Shown piece by piece: positions 12,426-24,849 of a stretch of 64,000 nucleotides of DNA. This DNA comes from Isurus oxyrinchus (Eukaryota): contig JANJGN010000035.1 in NCBI GenBank assembly GCA_026770705.1, forward strand, positions 6,820,001-6,884,000, given 5' to 3'. The stretch's first letter is position 1. Each line of letters opens with the position of its first letter. Below the pieces are notes generated by a model. It did no database searches. It had not been told where the DNA came from and saw only the letters and a list, made by a program, of their open reading frames with translations. The position numbers and the translations under genes are program-made.

Positions 12426-14154
12426 CCTCTGCAAGACACATTGCACATCAACGTTGATCTATTGAGCCTTTCACTGCTGCTGTACTCTCAGACTCCTGTA
12501 ATGTCAGGTTGCTTTTCGCCTTTAACCTGCTGTGAACACGCCATTCACTGGCTATTATTCCTCGTTATTTGAGGAATTATAAACAACAAAGTCAAATTTG
12601 CCTTTTTTTCATTAACAAAGCTGCGTTCATTATTTCAGGCTGTCATAGCCAATGTATATGAGGAAAATGCATCGTAATTTGTATGAATTGACTGCCGATA
12701 ATAAATAGGTAAGTTAAAATGTGGGGAATTCACAGAGGATAAAGTAGTGAATTTCGGAATGTATACTAAACTGGTTTACCAATTGGTCAACAGTTACATT
12801 AAGTACCATTATCTGAGTGTTTGCATATTGGTAGTGGTATGATCATGTTTCGTCTGTGGGATTTTCTAATCTCATACTATATGAAATACCTCTATTTAGC
12901 CTATAGTCACATCGAAATTAGAAAATCGTGGCACAATAGAAAATACCTTTGCAGATTTGCACGAATGTTTTTAGTGCGATTGTTTGTATGCAATTCAAAT
13001 AAGGATTACAACTGACATTTTTTTGTGCATGCTTGTGCAGGTGTTTCATTTCTTTTGACTGGGGATTACATTGCATGTTGTTCTATATTTCAGGTTTGCG
13101 CTATATATTTTATGATGAGGGCTCTTTGAAATTCTGGAATTTCCTTTGAGTGCAATGTGGATGGTTAAACTTCTCGGTGCTGATCTAGGGGAGAGAGGAA
13201 GTCAGTACAAAATATGGTCATCGTGGGAAACGTGCCTCAAAATAAAAACAAAAAAACATGTGCTGGAGAACATCTGAGCTGAAAAGAATGCGACATCAGG
13301 GAAGTGTTTATCCCATTGTTCTGAAAGAGAAAAGGTTACGTGCTGATGGAAGAAGTGGAATGTGAATATGCATGAGCTTCGCCAACCAACATAAGGTTGT
13401 AGCATAATAGACAAAGGTGTTAGGTTTGCTTATAACACAGTGAGCTTAATTTGCAGTCAGACTTAGTGGTGGCAGAAATATTGAGGATAAATTTATGCAT
13501 ACAAGAAATTGACTGCCGTTTCAATGAATCAGTATCGGTGACATAGGTCGAATTATTTGAAGTTAATTCCGGGAGCTGCTGACTCTGAACGCAATGTTGC
13601 ATAATTTTCCCACCCTGAGGAACCGAAAGCTGGATCCTCCTGCCGCACACTTCATGCCTCGATCATGCTCAATTATCTTCAGACACAAATTGCAATATGA
13701 TACAAATCGGCCATTCACAGACAACAATACATTCTTTTGTCTATTCTTAGCAGTTGGTTACCCTGGCATGGAGATCACGGATTGCCACATTTGGAGGTAC
13801 TTTTTTCCGTAATGCTCCTCTATTTCATACAAATAGCAACTTATTCACTAACTCTTTTTACTTTGATATTACAGGAACAAATAAATGGCAAAGTAAATCA
13901 TTATAATAATAGTCATGGAAACATTTGTGTTATTTTCAAGGTGTTCGGCAGCAGAATGATCGTCCACTCACTTACACCTTAAGTAATACATCCCTGCCCT
14001 GTCAATTTGCGGTGAAATTAATCAGCAACCTGCCAGTATCAAGCAATTGGGCGGACACTCATTATCTCTGTCAAGCAAAAAATAAAGAAAAACATGCCGT
14101 TTTCCATTAAACATGTGCGCTCGATGCAATTTGAAGCTTTACTTCATTTTGGAA

Positions 14155-14240
14155 CTATACGTCCACAATCAGGCTGGTTGTGGGTTCCATCACCGCTTTC
14201 ACAGTTATCTTTCCGACTTCGCTGAAGTGATTTGTAGAAC
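14155..14240 (-). pseudogene. Putative terminal exon of the NLR
   Basis: Poly-T tract and AAG acceptor, then TNHFSEVGKITVKAVMEPTTSLIVDV* (NxFSxxG...LxVxV* pattern of fish NLR last exons); frameshifted at its start. Confidence 0.65.
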
Positions 14241-14609
14241 CTTGAGTAACATGCGAAAAAAAAAAAAAACAAAATTTATAATATTTTCATGAAGGAGCTC
14301 AGGAAAAATAAATCATAGTAGCATATAATTTATACAGCATAGATGGCGGCCATTCGGTTCCAACTGTCCATACGGGCACCATACAATAACCGTTTACCTC
14401 GGCCCATTAATCTGCCTTCTACCTTTATCGGTGTTCTTGTCAGATAGCAGCCGTATTTTCTTTTGAATTGAGAATAAAATGTTCTTCTGTCACGTTCTCA
14501 GCCAATACATTCCAGATCCTAAGCAGTCACCTGTATTCGTTTTCCTTTGTTTTGACATGTTGCCTTGCCTTATTGTGAAACACTTTAAAACGGGGTCATT
14601 TCGCATCCC

Positions 14610-15025
14610 TCTAGTTAGGAGAAGGCTAAGTGAGGACATGATAGAGCTATGCAAAGTTACGAGAGGCATAGGAAGGGTAGATAGGAAGAAAAAATTCCCT
14701 TTTGCCCAGGTGCCAATAAACTTAGTGCCTCGATTTCAGATAAGGACCGGAAGGGTTCAGAAGTGATTTGATGACTTATTTAGTTTCAGCCAGAGGACGA
14801 TTGGAATCAGCAACTGACTGACTGAGAGGTCGGTAGAACCATGATCCCTAACAACATTTAATCAGTATTTAGATATGCGCTTCAAACGCTATAGCATATA
14901 CAAGTATGGGCAAAATGCTCGAAAATGGGATTAGAGTTATCAGATGCTTGATGGGCAGCATGGACATGATTGGACAAAGGGCCAGTTTGTGCACTGCGCA
15001 ACACCAGGACTGCATGACTCTATTA
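14610..15025 (+). mobile_element. CR1 LINE 3' fragment
   Basis: RRRLSEDMIELCKVTRGIGRVDRKKKFP matches the CR1 ORF2 C-terminus; it is followed by a CR1-type 3' UTR ('ggcagcatggacatgattggacaaagggcc'). Confidence 0.85.
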
Positions 15026-15129
15026 TTCTGAACTTTTTCTTCTTTCTCAGTGATGAATTCAAATCCTTCATAAATATTTATGCCTGGACTGGAAACAACA
15101 GTGTTGCTGGTGTCCACTCAGCATTTTAT

Positions 15130-16520
15130 GCAGAACAAAAGCACAACAAACTGGAAAAACTCAGCAGGTCTGATAGCATCTGCGGAGAGGAATAGAGTTA
15201 ACGTTTGGAGTCCTTATCACTCTTCAACAGAACTAAGAACAACTAGAAAATAGGTGAAATTTAAACTGCTAAAAGAGGGTTGGGACAGTAATAGCTGGAT
15301 AGGGGGTCAGTGATCGGTGAAGATTGCCAAAAGATCTCCTCGATAAAAAGGAAACAGAGGTGTTGACAGTGGTGATATTAGCTAAGAAATGTGCTAATGG
15401 TGTCATGACGGGTAGAGAGCAGGGCGAGCAATGGACAGATAGCACTACCGGTGCTGGTTGGGAGGACGGGATCGAAATAGGCTAAAAGTTGCAGATAAAA
15501 CAATGGATGTAAATACATTTAACAATAATGGAAGTAGGTGGGACAAGAAAAAAAAATCAATTATTGTTAAAGGGGGATCGGAAAGAGGGTGAGGACGGAG
15601 GAGAGAGTTGATGATCTAAAGTTGTTGAAATCAATATTCATACGGAAAAGCTGTGACGTGCCCAGTCGGAAGATGAGGTGCTCTTCCTCCCGTTTAAGTT
15701 GAGCTTCACTGAATCATTCCAGCAGACCAAAGACGGACATGTGGGCATTAGGGCAGGGTGGTGTGTCGAAATCGTAAGCAACAGAGAGGTCTTGGTTAAG
15801 CTACTGACAGACCAAAGCTGTTCTGCAAATCTGTCACCCAGTCTGCTTTTGGTCTCTCCAATGTAGAGGAAATCGCTTTAGGATCCACGAATGCAGTAGA
15901 CTAAATTGAGGGAAGTGCAACATAAATGCTGCTTTAGTTGAAAGGAGTATTTGGGACCTTGGACATTGAGGACGGTGAAAGTAAAGGGGCAAGAGTTGCA
16001 CCTTCTGCAGTTGCAAGGGAAGGAGCCGTTTCGGGGGGGGGGGGGGTGGGGGGGGGGGTGCGGGGGCTGGGTGAATAATGTTTCCGGGGTGTTGATGGAG
16101 TGGATCAGTAAGTCCAGCAGGGCTTGCCGCAAAGGAGAGTGAAGGGAAGATGTGGTGTCATAATGCTGGAGTTGGCGGAAATGCCGCAGTGTGATCCTTT
16201 CAACGCAGAGGCTGGTGGGGTGATTAATGTTCGTAAGTGGGATCATATCATTGTTCGGGGTGGGAGAGAAAGCTGTGAGGGTTGATACACGGGATACGAG
16301 TCCGACACTGATGAGGGTGTCAACCATAGAGCGTGAAATACCTCGGACAGATGGACTGTTTTTGGACGAGGCATAATCAGAAGAGATGCGGTGGAGGTGT
16401 TGTGACTGAGGGAATTTGATGAAATCATTACAGGAAGTGGGGTGCAAGAAGCTGTACTCAAGGTAGCTGTGGGAATCGGTAGGCTTGTAATGAATACTGG
16501 TGGACAGTCTATCAACATAA
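15130..16520 (-). mobile_element. Penelope-like element, 5'-truncated and decayed (RT thumb, GIY-YIG, 3' pLTR)
   Basis: YKPTDSHSYLEYSFLHPTSC..HRISS, FPCNCRRCNSCPF, LCCTSLNLVYCIRGS; colinear with the younger copy at 47760-48900. Confidence 0.9.
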
Positions 16521-17929
16521 ATTTATGCAGACCTCTCTCAAACCCGTTGCCCTTGCACCTTATGCTCCTATTAATAAAACCGATTAAATTGCAGTATTTA
16601 TTCAGTGATTACTGAAGCATTTCTCCCTTCTGCATCTTCGTTTATTGACATAATATAGCCCCAAATTTCTCCGCTCCTGTGTTTAGAAATATACTATTCA
16701 TTGATATTCCCATTCAACGTTCTTTCTTACAAATGAACGACGTAAGAGCTCTATGCATTGAGCATTACCTGTCAGTTGACATCTCTTGAACCAGCCTGGT
16801 TGTATCACTTTGAAATCGGTAATTAATGTTCTTCACAATCTCAAATGCTTCCAGATTGTGGCCCATAGAAATAAGTCTTAGTTCTGACTCTGTGTTTTGT
16901 ATTTTCTACTGAGACCCGAGACTTTTTGCGAAAGCCAAAAGCTATTGCCCCGACCTAACTGTTTTTTTTTCCTCAGGTGAAGGTGAACTTTAGATAAAAT
17001 CAAAGATTCTAACCCTTAAATTGGCAATCACATTATATGCCATCGTTATTTTCTAGCCGGTGGTAATCCCTGAGCTTGTAAAACCATAGAGGGAGACCAG
17101 ACACAACTGTTGCAGTCAATTTATGAAATTTGTATGCATTGAGATGCAGGCTTTAATACAGTTGTAATAAGGAAACTGAATCTCAGGAAGTTTCTATAAT
17201 ACTAAATTAGACATTTATCAACTGAAGAAAAGTTATAAGCCCAGGGATATATCTACAACAATACCACTAAAATAGCAAAAAACATCCCCTAATGAACAGG
17301 TCTCGTATTTCCACCACCGTTAAGGCATCAGTAAAACTGAAAGTTTCAAAGAGATCCCTGGCAAAGCAAACCCTGGACTCTCGCAGTCAAAACGAGTTTC
17401 TTTCATCATTGGGTTATGGCAGAGAGGGACTTGAAGCCTATTGTTTGAAAACTTTCGAATTTAGAAAGGCTCTCCTTTTACCAAGAGTCTTCTCTACATT
17501 TGTAAATTTTCCTCTTTGAATGAAAATTCTCATTGTTTCAATAAGTTATTGAGCTTGACCTCTTCTAATAATAAAGCCCTTTCATAGCACGAACTTTCTT
17601 AGTCCGCTTTGTGGAAAAAAAAAACATTTTTTTTTGCTTTATCTGGCCAGGTGTACTAGTACACACAATCTTTTGAATGATTTATGTAACAATGCAAATT
17701 TCCCCCTTTATATGTCACTTTCCAATTCCCTTTGTTTATCTGATTAACGTTTAAAACCTACTCCACATCTTTCCAAAAAAACCTCTGGACAAGCTGGTGT
17801 TAATCAATTGAAGATACACACAGACACACATCTACACAGAGATACCTCCATACTCTATTTTAACATTATTTCCCATAACATTATGAACATTGTTATGTCT
17901 TTCTGACACATTGCTCAAATTTCGAAGCA

Positions 17930-19760
17930 ACACTTAGCAACAAGTCTCTTTCCTGTCCTCTAGCTAATTACAAACCCATGCCTTTCCAGCCTTTTACCTT
18001 ACTCGGTCAAAAACTTTGCTGTCAAGCTTGTTTTCTGTGAACTTGTCAAACACATTATTAAAGTTCAAGTACATCACATCAAACAATTTTACCTTTGTCA
18101 CTGCACAGAGCAAAAAAAAATACTCAAGCAAGAACTTTAAGAACAAGTTAAGGAGAAGTTCGCATTGCCAAAACAAAACTATGCTGGCTTCAATTAAGAA
18201 ATTAACATTTGCCCAAGTGACTGTTAAATTTGACCAGAATTACCATTTGTAGAAGCTGTTCCATAAATACTAGAGCCGAATAACCTACCGGTCGATGCAT
18301 GCCTATCCTTTATTGCCGTTTTTGCGCATTCTTATAAATAAATTTCAATTTGCTAGTTCTATACAGCAACCCCAGTATGGAAGACAAATTATGCAGCGTG
18401 CCTCCAAATTACCCTGCCTTACTCCAGTATCCTTTAATTCATGCATTTCATCAATGCATGAGAATTTATCATGGCCTTCTGGTCGAGGAAGTCTGCTTAA
18501 TATGTCCTTTTTATCTTCTCGAGTCAATCAACTACATTGTCCTCCACCATGACTTGCGCAACATTGTCTTCCTCGCACACTACTAATGCAAGGCATTAGG
18601 TTATTAACTTTTCTTGATGAAAATAGATACTAAGCATTAGTTCAGTCCATTAGACATTCTAACTGCCTGCTTCATAAATGTAATTTTTAATCCATAACCC
18701 GTCTCTGCCTCACTCTACCACGAATTTAGTAAGCATATGGCTATGACAGACATTGGGTTTAGCGTAATTTTAGCTGCCAGTCTGTCTTCATGCTCTTTTT
18801 GTACAGCATTCGTTTCACTTTCCCTCTTAACTTTTAATTATAAGGCTGCTTCTCACTTACATTCTCAAACTCACTCCTATCAAATGTCCTCTTTTTCTCT
18901 CTTTCCCTGTACTTGTGATTGTTTTTGTCATCCCAGGAGCTTTTGTTTTTATTGTGCTAGATTTGCTCTTCACGTGGATACACCTAGAAACTATCTGAAG
19001 AATAACCTCTTCATAAGTTAGCCATTGTTACGCTAGAGTGTTGCATCACAAGCAGCAAGTCCAATTTGTTTGGACCAGATACGTTCGCACATCTTTGAAT
19101 TGTTCGTTGCTAACCAGAAGCTATGAAAATATAGCCATCCTCTCATAAATAGCCTAACAGTAAAACGTGGGTCACATGATTCACATCGTTCCCAGGACGA
19201 GGACAAACAATGCCTCATTCCTCTTTATATTGGAAAGTTAGTGGTGCATAAAATTCTCCTGATAGCCCAAAGCAACTGAGGGCTCTTTCTTCCATTCCAC
19301 GAATGCGATCCCGGACTTTAATAGTGAACTGCATAGTTTGTCTATATCGCATTCATTGTCATTTTCTTTTTTAATCTATGCCTTTTATAAATGTGTCCCT
19401 AGCTGGCGGCTGATAGAGCAATGTGACTATTTATTTTTTCACAACAATAACCAAATAATTTGTCTCCTTGAAGATCTGGATCAGCTTCTCTTTCACAAGG
19501 AACTTAATCATCCTCGTGATCCATGTGACTAGCATTCTCATTATTTTTAATTCCCCATATGTTCTCAGCAACTTGTGTCCCGCAATATTTCGGATCCAGT
19601 TGCTTTTTTTGACACAAGTCTCAATTATTGCCACATCATATTTCCACGTGGTTATATTCTGTTGCAGATCATCAACATGATTTACCCACTCTTCGAAAAT
19701 TCATTTGATGCTCAGTAAAGCGAATTTAGATCTATTGCATTTCATTGCTATCAAACGCGG
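17930..19760 (-). mobile_element. Decayed CR1-type LINE
   Basis: FDVMYLNFNNVFDKF (cf. VDVVYLDFxKAFDKV) and PRPEGHDKF (cf. SPGPDG); endonuclease-region remnants further right. Confidence 0.7.
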
Positions 19761-20239
19761 CTAATATCTTACTTTCACCCACTCTCTGTGCACGTTGGAT
19801 GAAAATTCATGTTTCCACGCTGGCGGTGTTTTATGCGGGCTACGGGGCCCGTGTGGGAAGACATTAATTTGTAGGAATGGGATTCTATCTGTGTACCCAC
19901 GCGCCCTGAACTTGCAGTGATTTTATGCTGTGGCCGGCAAGGGAGCTGATCGGAAGTACAGTTATGCTACCTTTCTGTCCATCCATCATGAACTCCCTTC
20001 CACCCAGCTCAGACAATTCGACTTGGCAAGGCGCTTTTTATACACATAGGACACAATTACTAGGCATTAGTAACATGTCCTGGCGACTATCAGTTCACCA
20101 GGATGGAGTGCTGCAGGGCATTTACTAGGTCTCTCTGAAACCGACATAAAGATAACGTTAGTCAAACGGATAAAATAATTCAATGTGCATTGACGGGGAC
20201 ATTGCCCAACAGGCGGCAATGTAATATTCAATCTTTGAT

Positions 20240-20380
20240 AAAAGCAAAATGCTGCGGCTGCTGGAAATCAGAAACAAAATTAAATAATATTCGGAAAAAA
20301 CTCAGCAGGTGTGTGAGCAGCTGTGGAGAGGATTACCGTTAACATTTCAGTCCTTATGACACGTCATCCAAAATTCGATA
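20240..20380 (-). mobile_element. Short Penelope-like terminal-repeat remnant
   Basis: 'aaagcaaaatgctgcggctgctggaaatcagaaac...aaaactcagcaggt' is homologous to the reverse complement of 49310-49440. Confidence 0.75.
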
Positions 20381-21202
20381 TTCAGTTCCATGTCTTTCTA
20401 TAGCATGTAACTCCCAAAGTTGGAAAATGCTTTACTGCCAACCTGGTGCATTTAGAGTTTGGTCAACTTTGTAGAAGAGGAAGCTCAGCACACAATATGC
20501 GCTCAACAATCCCAGGCACAAAGTAATATTGAAAGGATGACCAGATTTGCAGTTTGCTGAGTGTATGTTATCCAGTATATCAAGGCGAATTCACAGTTAT
20601 TATTGTTGCTGGAAATAGAGACATTTCAAAACTTTCTGTCTTGCACTTATCAAACCACTTCGGAGAATACCAGGAGAAGGGCGAAACATCAATTTGCACT
20701 GTATGTGAAGAGAGAGCTGATTGGTGCGAAGGCAGATTCTGATTGGTAGATGGGTTGAATTGGTGACCCCAACGCTGATGATGAGTGACACTTAACTGAC
20801 AAGCATTGTTTGAAATTGAAACCAGGCAATCTGAACCTAATTGGTCAAGACACTGCCAGAGGAATGCTTCAGCGAGTTGCTGTCACCCATTTTCTGTAGC
20901 TGAAACAGAAGTATTACGTGCAGATATTCTCGCTGTGCGCAAAATTCTCCTTTGACATTCACCCTCTAGGATTGATGTCGCGGCGACTTAATGACATCTG
21001 TCGGATTTTTTTTTTTTCTCTGACGGGTCAGCATAGGTTGTGTGGTCCTGTAACTGTTGCAATATACGTGATTGCACAGAAGGGCAAATGCTCGTGACTG
21101 AGCCGCAAATAACACAGAAAACAATGAGAAACTACAACTTTTTAATGCAAAATAACAATTATTATTGACCAATGTACTCTCTGAATACTTTAGAAAACTA
21201 AC

Positions 21203-21395
21203 CTGATCTTTTTTCAATTCATAGCTCTTCTGGTGGAAATTGGCCAATTCGTTTACCGATTTGACTGATAGCGTATTGTCGTTTTTATCAATCATGTGCT
21301 TGTTGCTGAGGTCCAACTCTATCAGTGGCCGGTTTGCAGCAAAGGCAGAGGGAAAATCTTCGATACATCGGTCTGTAAGAATGTTGTCTTTCAAC
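21203..21395 (-). pseudogene. LRR exon (193 bp, one base out of frame)
   Basis: Pyrimidine tract and CAG, then LKDNILTDRCIEDFPSAFAANRPLIELDLSN...TLSVKSV, ending AG|GTTAGT. Confidence 0.9.
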
Positions 21396-21896
21396 CTGTG
21401 TTCAAAGAAAACATAGAAATGTAATAGTGACTTTGCGCAGCATAGGACGTATTGTTTTGGAAAATAAAATCAAAGAACTAAACTAATTGCAACCGCTTTT
21501 CAGGCAAAATGTAAGCAGTGAATCATGATTTACTAGAATTTAATGCAGACAGATCTAAGCCAGTTTTACTGTTCGATGTGAGCATTTTCTGTATTATTTT
21601 AAACATCTTCACAACAGCTCCTTTTAATATGTTTCACAGTAAGTGTTAAACTTGGAAGCAACTATTCTCCTCGAAAATTTCAGATGGAGATAAGTCATGA
21701 ATTTCATAATTCTTTAGTGTTTGTAAAAAATTCGACTAAAATGCTTATATAAACTATTCGGGACTTATTTACATTTTTTGACACAGGTTTTGGAATCTTC
21801 ACATCTACAAATTATCATCCTGGTTTTATTGCAAGATTCTGAACACCGGTTGGTGCGTTTTGTATTATAACAGTTATTAACATTAGTTTTACTTAC

Positions 21897-21983
21897 TCTT
21901 GTTTTTCAATTTTGCAATCCTCTTTCTTCAGATTTGCTGCCAGCCTTTTTAATCCTTCATCACCCAATTCATTCTCATTTAGC
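21897..21983 (-). pseudogene. LRR exon (87 bp, phase 2-2)
   Basis: CAG|G LNENELGDEGLKRLAANLKKEDCKIEKQ GA|GTAAGT. Confidence 0.9.
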
Positions 21984-22269
21984 CTGCACATGAAAAATCT
22001 GTCTTAATTATGTCAGAATTGTCCTCAGCGTTAAAATGTACAAGGCAATCATGTTTCGAAATGAAAGTGGGGTTGGGAGAGATATGTAAGTTCGGGGTTT
22101 ATAGTGGTGGTGGTGTAGGTGGGATGCATTGTGTGTGTGGGGAGGGGTTGCGGGGTTTGGGGTAGATGTATGGGGAGATGTCTTTACCATTTAAGTTTAA
22201 TGAAATGCCCATTCAAAACCAGAATGATTTTCATGAATGATAAAGCTGGAACTGGTAATGTAGTGGAGT

Positions 22270-23340
22270 TACATTGAATGAATGACGAATAAGGAATAAA
22301 GAGCGTGCATAAATGGGAAATTTTCATTCTAACAATATGTGAGGAGAGGAGATCCAAAGGAATTAGACCTAGAGCCACAAATATTTGCATTTTATATCAG
22401 TTATTTTGATGAAGAAGTCAAACGTATGGTTGCAAAATTTGCAGTTGGCGTTAAGACATGTCGGAAATAAGTTTTGTGGAGGGCATAAGGAGTCTGCAAA
22501 GTGAGATGGATAACTTTAGTACATTAGCAAATGTTGGCAGATGGGGTACAATGTAGAAAATTTGATCTTGCCAAAATTTATTGGAATAATAGAAGTTCAC
22601 ACGCTGATATAAACAGAGTGACCTTGCAGAACTGGAAGGAACAGAGTAACTTGGGTGTCCCGGTACATAACACGTAAAAAAATAGTATATAGTTATGGCA
22701 AGCTAATTGGAATGCTGTTGCCCTTTCCAAGGAAAATTCAGATAAAAGTGCAGGGTATTCCGTTAACTTTGTTCAGCGGCGTTGGTGAGACAAAACTTGG
22801 ATTACACTGTGCAGTTCTGATCTCCCTATTTATAAAAAAATAAATTGCAAGCAGTTCAGAGGTGATTCAGCTAAGTGATACTTGTGACCAGGCAGTTATT
22901 TTATGAGGACTGAATGCACAGGCTGGGCATTTATCAATTGGGGTTTAGAATACAGAGCGATGATCTGAAGTTGATTACTTTGTGAGAGATCTTGACATTG
23001 TGGTTTCGGAAGTGGTTCGTGCCAGTATGGGAAAGATAGAAAGAGCTGCAACATTGCTACCACAAGTGGTTTCTCATTTAAGATTAAGTTAAGAGTATTC
23101 TTATTTTTCCTTCAAGGATCGTGAGTCTGTAACAATTCTCTTCCACGGAGGATGCTGGAGAGAATGTCACGGAATATATTTAAGGCAGCTGTAAAAACAT
23201 TCTGGGAATCAAATATTATCGACTGCAGACGGAATATGGGCCTCAGGCCGCATTTGGATCAGCCATGATCATATTGATTGGAGGAGCATTCTTGAGCAGG
23301 TGAATGTCCAACTCCTAATCCTAATTCGTTTGCTCGTATA
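22270..23340 (+). mobile_element. Decayed CR1 LINE 3' half
   Basis: 'aaatttgcagttggc' (cf. KFADD), 'tggcagatggggtacaatgtagaaaa' (cf. WQMxFNxxK), 'ttggattacactgtgcagttctgatctcc' (cf. LEYCVQFWSP), and a 3' UTR 'gatcagccatgatcatattgattggaggagca'. Confidence 0.8.
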
Positions 23341-24849
23341 CTGGTATCGTCTATTTTTTGAGAACTATTTGGAAGCAGATTTAAAGCTTTCTGTTGGAAC
23401 TCAATTGCAGAACCAATTAAACCGTTTAATGAGTCTGCTACATCGATATCTAGAATTCTAGAACTTCAGAAACATTGTGGCCTAAAGAAGAGGGAAATTC
23501 ATGGAAGAGTTAGTACCTTGCTGAATCGTATGTGGAAACCACGGGAGGAGTGGAGCAATAACCACTGGATAATAGAATATTTGACATGTTGCAATGTGGT
23601 AAAGTGAACGAGCACTGTACATCAGGGATTTAGTTGGGGTGGCTCCTTTAACATAGCTTATTTGCCTATTGGCAGACTTACAGGGATCTTCGTATGGCAT
23701 ATTTAGGTGGTGTTATTTAGCTCATTCAGCATTAATTCTTCTTTAATTTAATGTGGTCGTTGCCTGTTGATTTTGCTTTGAACTATGTTTTTTTTTTAGG
23801 TTTTTTTTTTGTTAGTTACAACCTTTCCATATGTTGCTGTGGAATTCAACTTGTTGCCTAACCAAAAAAAAAAAAAAAAAAATCGACCTCTATGGAGCCA
23901 ATGACAAATCCAATATGGCCAATGGTGAATCTGAAAAGTTGGACAATAAATACCAGCGTCTTAATATAGGGAATTAACTTGACTTGAGTGATAGTGTAAA
24001 TGAAGTGTGAAAGCCTGATGTGAACGCATGTGATCAAAACATTCCAAATGCAATAGATGTTCCAAAGTCAAATGACACAATTTTGATACATTTGTTCATA
24101 TTTTCAGTTCACAAGTTTTAATCATTGTTTAATATAAGTGAACACAGTTGTTACATATTAATATAATAAATTGAGTGCAAGATTTTTTAACATTCCACAG
24201 TGCACGATTTGAGGAAAAGGAGCTATGATTGGTGTCAAGTAATATTTTTTACTATCTTTTAAGATAGGAAGGCTACTAGAGCTATAGCTACAGCGTTTTA
24301 CTCTTCTGTGGAAACCGCCAATGAAAAAAAAAATCATAAGAAACTAAATATAAAATGCATGGACTGTGCAAAGTATTATCTTTCTCCTATTTAACAATCA
24401 TAGAAAGGTTTTAAAGATCTGAGAGTTATAAATGTATAGGGAAATTATAAGGAAAAAATGGAAAATCCTATTAGAATATTGCACGACAATTTGATAATAA
24501 AGATTGGGAAGATAATAGGTATCTATAATAGTCAGGGGAGACGATAATACATTTTGTGGAATAATATGAGGTATATATTAGCATACTGATACTCCCCTCT
24601 AAAATCAGGGTGCCCACCTTCTATTGTTCCATGATGACAAAAAATCATATAGATAGAGTGATTCTGCGAATTATGCTCACAGTATTGCCATCTTCCTTTT
24701 TCAGGGACAGAATACCTGCAACAAAGTTTTAACTATCCAGTATCTCAGATGTTTCACAAAATTATACCTCTAAGGTTGCATGCTCAGCGGGAGAAAAAAC
24801 ATTTCAGAGTAGATGCCAAGCAACTAGAGCTGAGTTATAAAATATATAC

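Larger units (their letters stand above)
3440..13870 (-). pseudogene. Divergent SAMD9/SAMD9L-like pseudogene (SAM, AlbA_2, SIR2-like, STAND P-loop NTPase, TPR, OB-like), interrupted by transposable elements
   Basis: Degenerate motifs occur in SAMD9 order: SAM-like YLYEIEEHYGKKY..GNQLLRIDK (~13660-13870); V*EYSSS (~12472-12495; cf. VRDGTSS); HPERTSNQIGFLNNW (~11977-12025); VDLLC (~7450-7465; cf. LEILCENEC); LCLRHVNGFGA (~7224-7255; cf. LYHHPGCGG); TFLLDFENFE (~7138-7165); TLSP*E*NAF (~6588-6617; cf. LSPKEQRAF); DT-GQV across a frameshift (~5262-5282); NGAYLG/EIE (~5042-5066; cf. AGYQGEIE); QCYPLAN (~4082-4103; cf. QNFILAN); VVFTLKPVTFGRIGY (~3459-3505; cf. VSFYLGFSIGGPLAY). The N-terminal assignments are weaker than the NTPase/TPR ones. 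Confidence 0.7.

Noticed and set aside
20966-21394. 142-aa ORF as a complete LRR protein
   Set aside because: Only the first ~64 codons are exon; the rest is intron readthrough past the donor at 21202.
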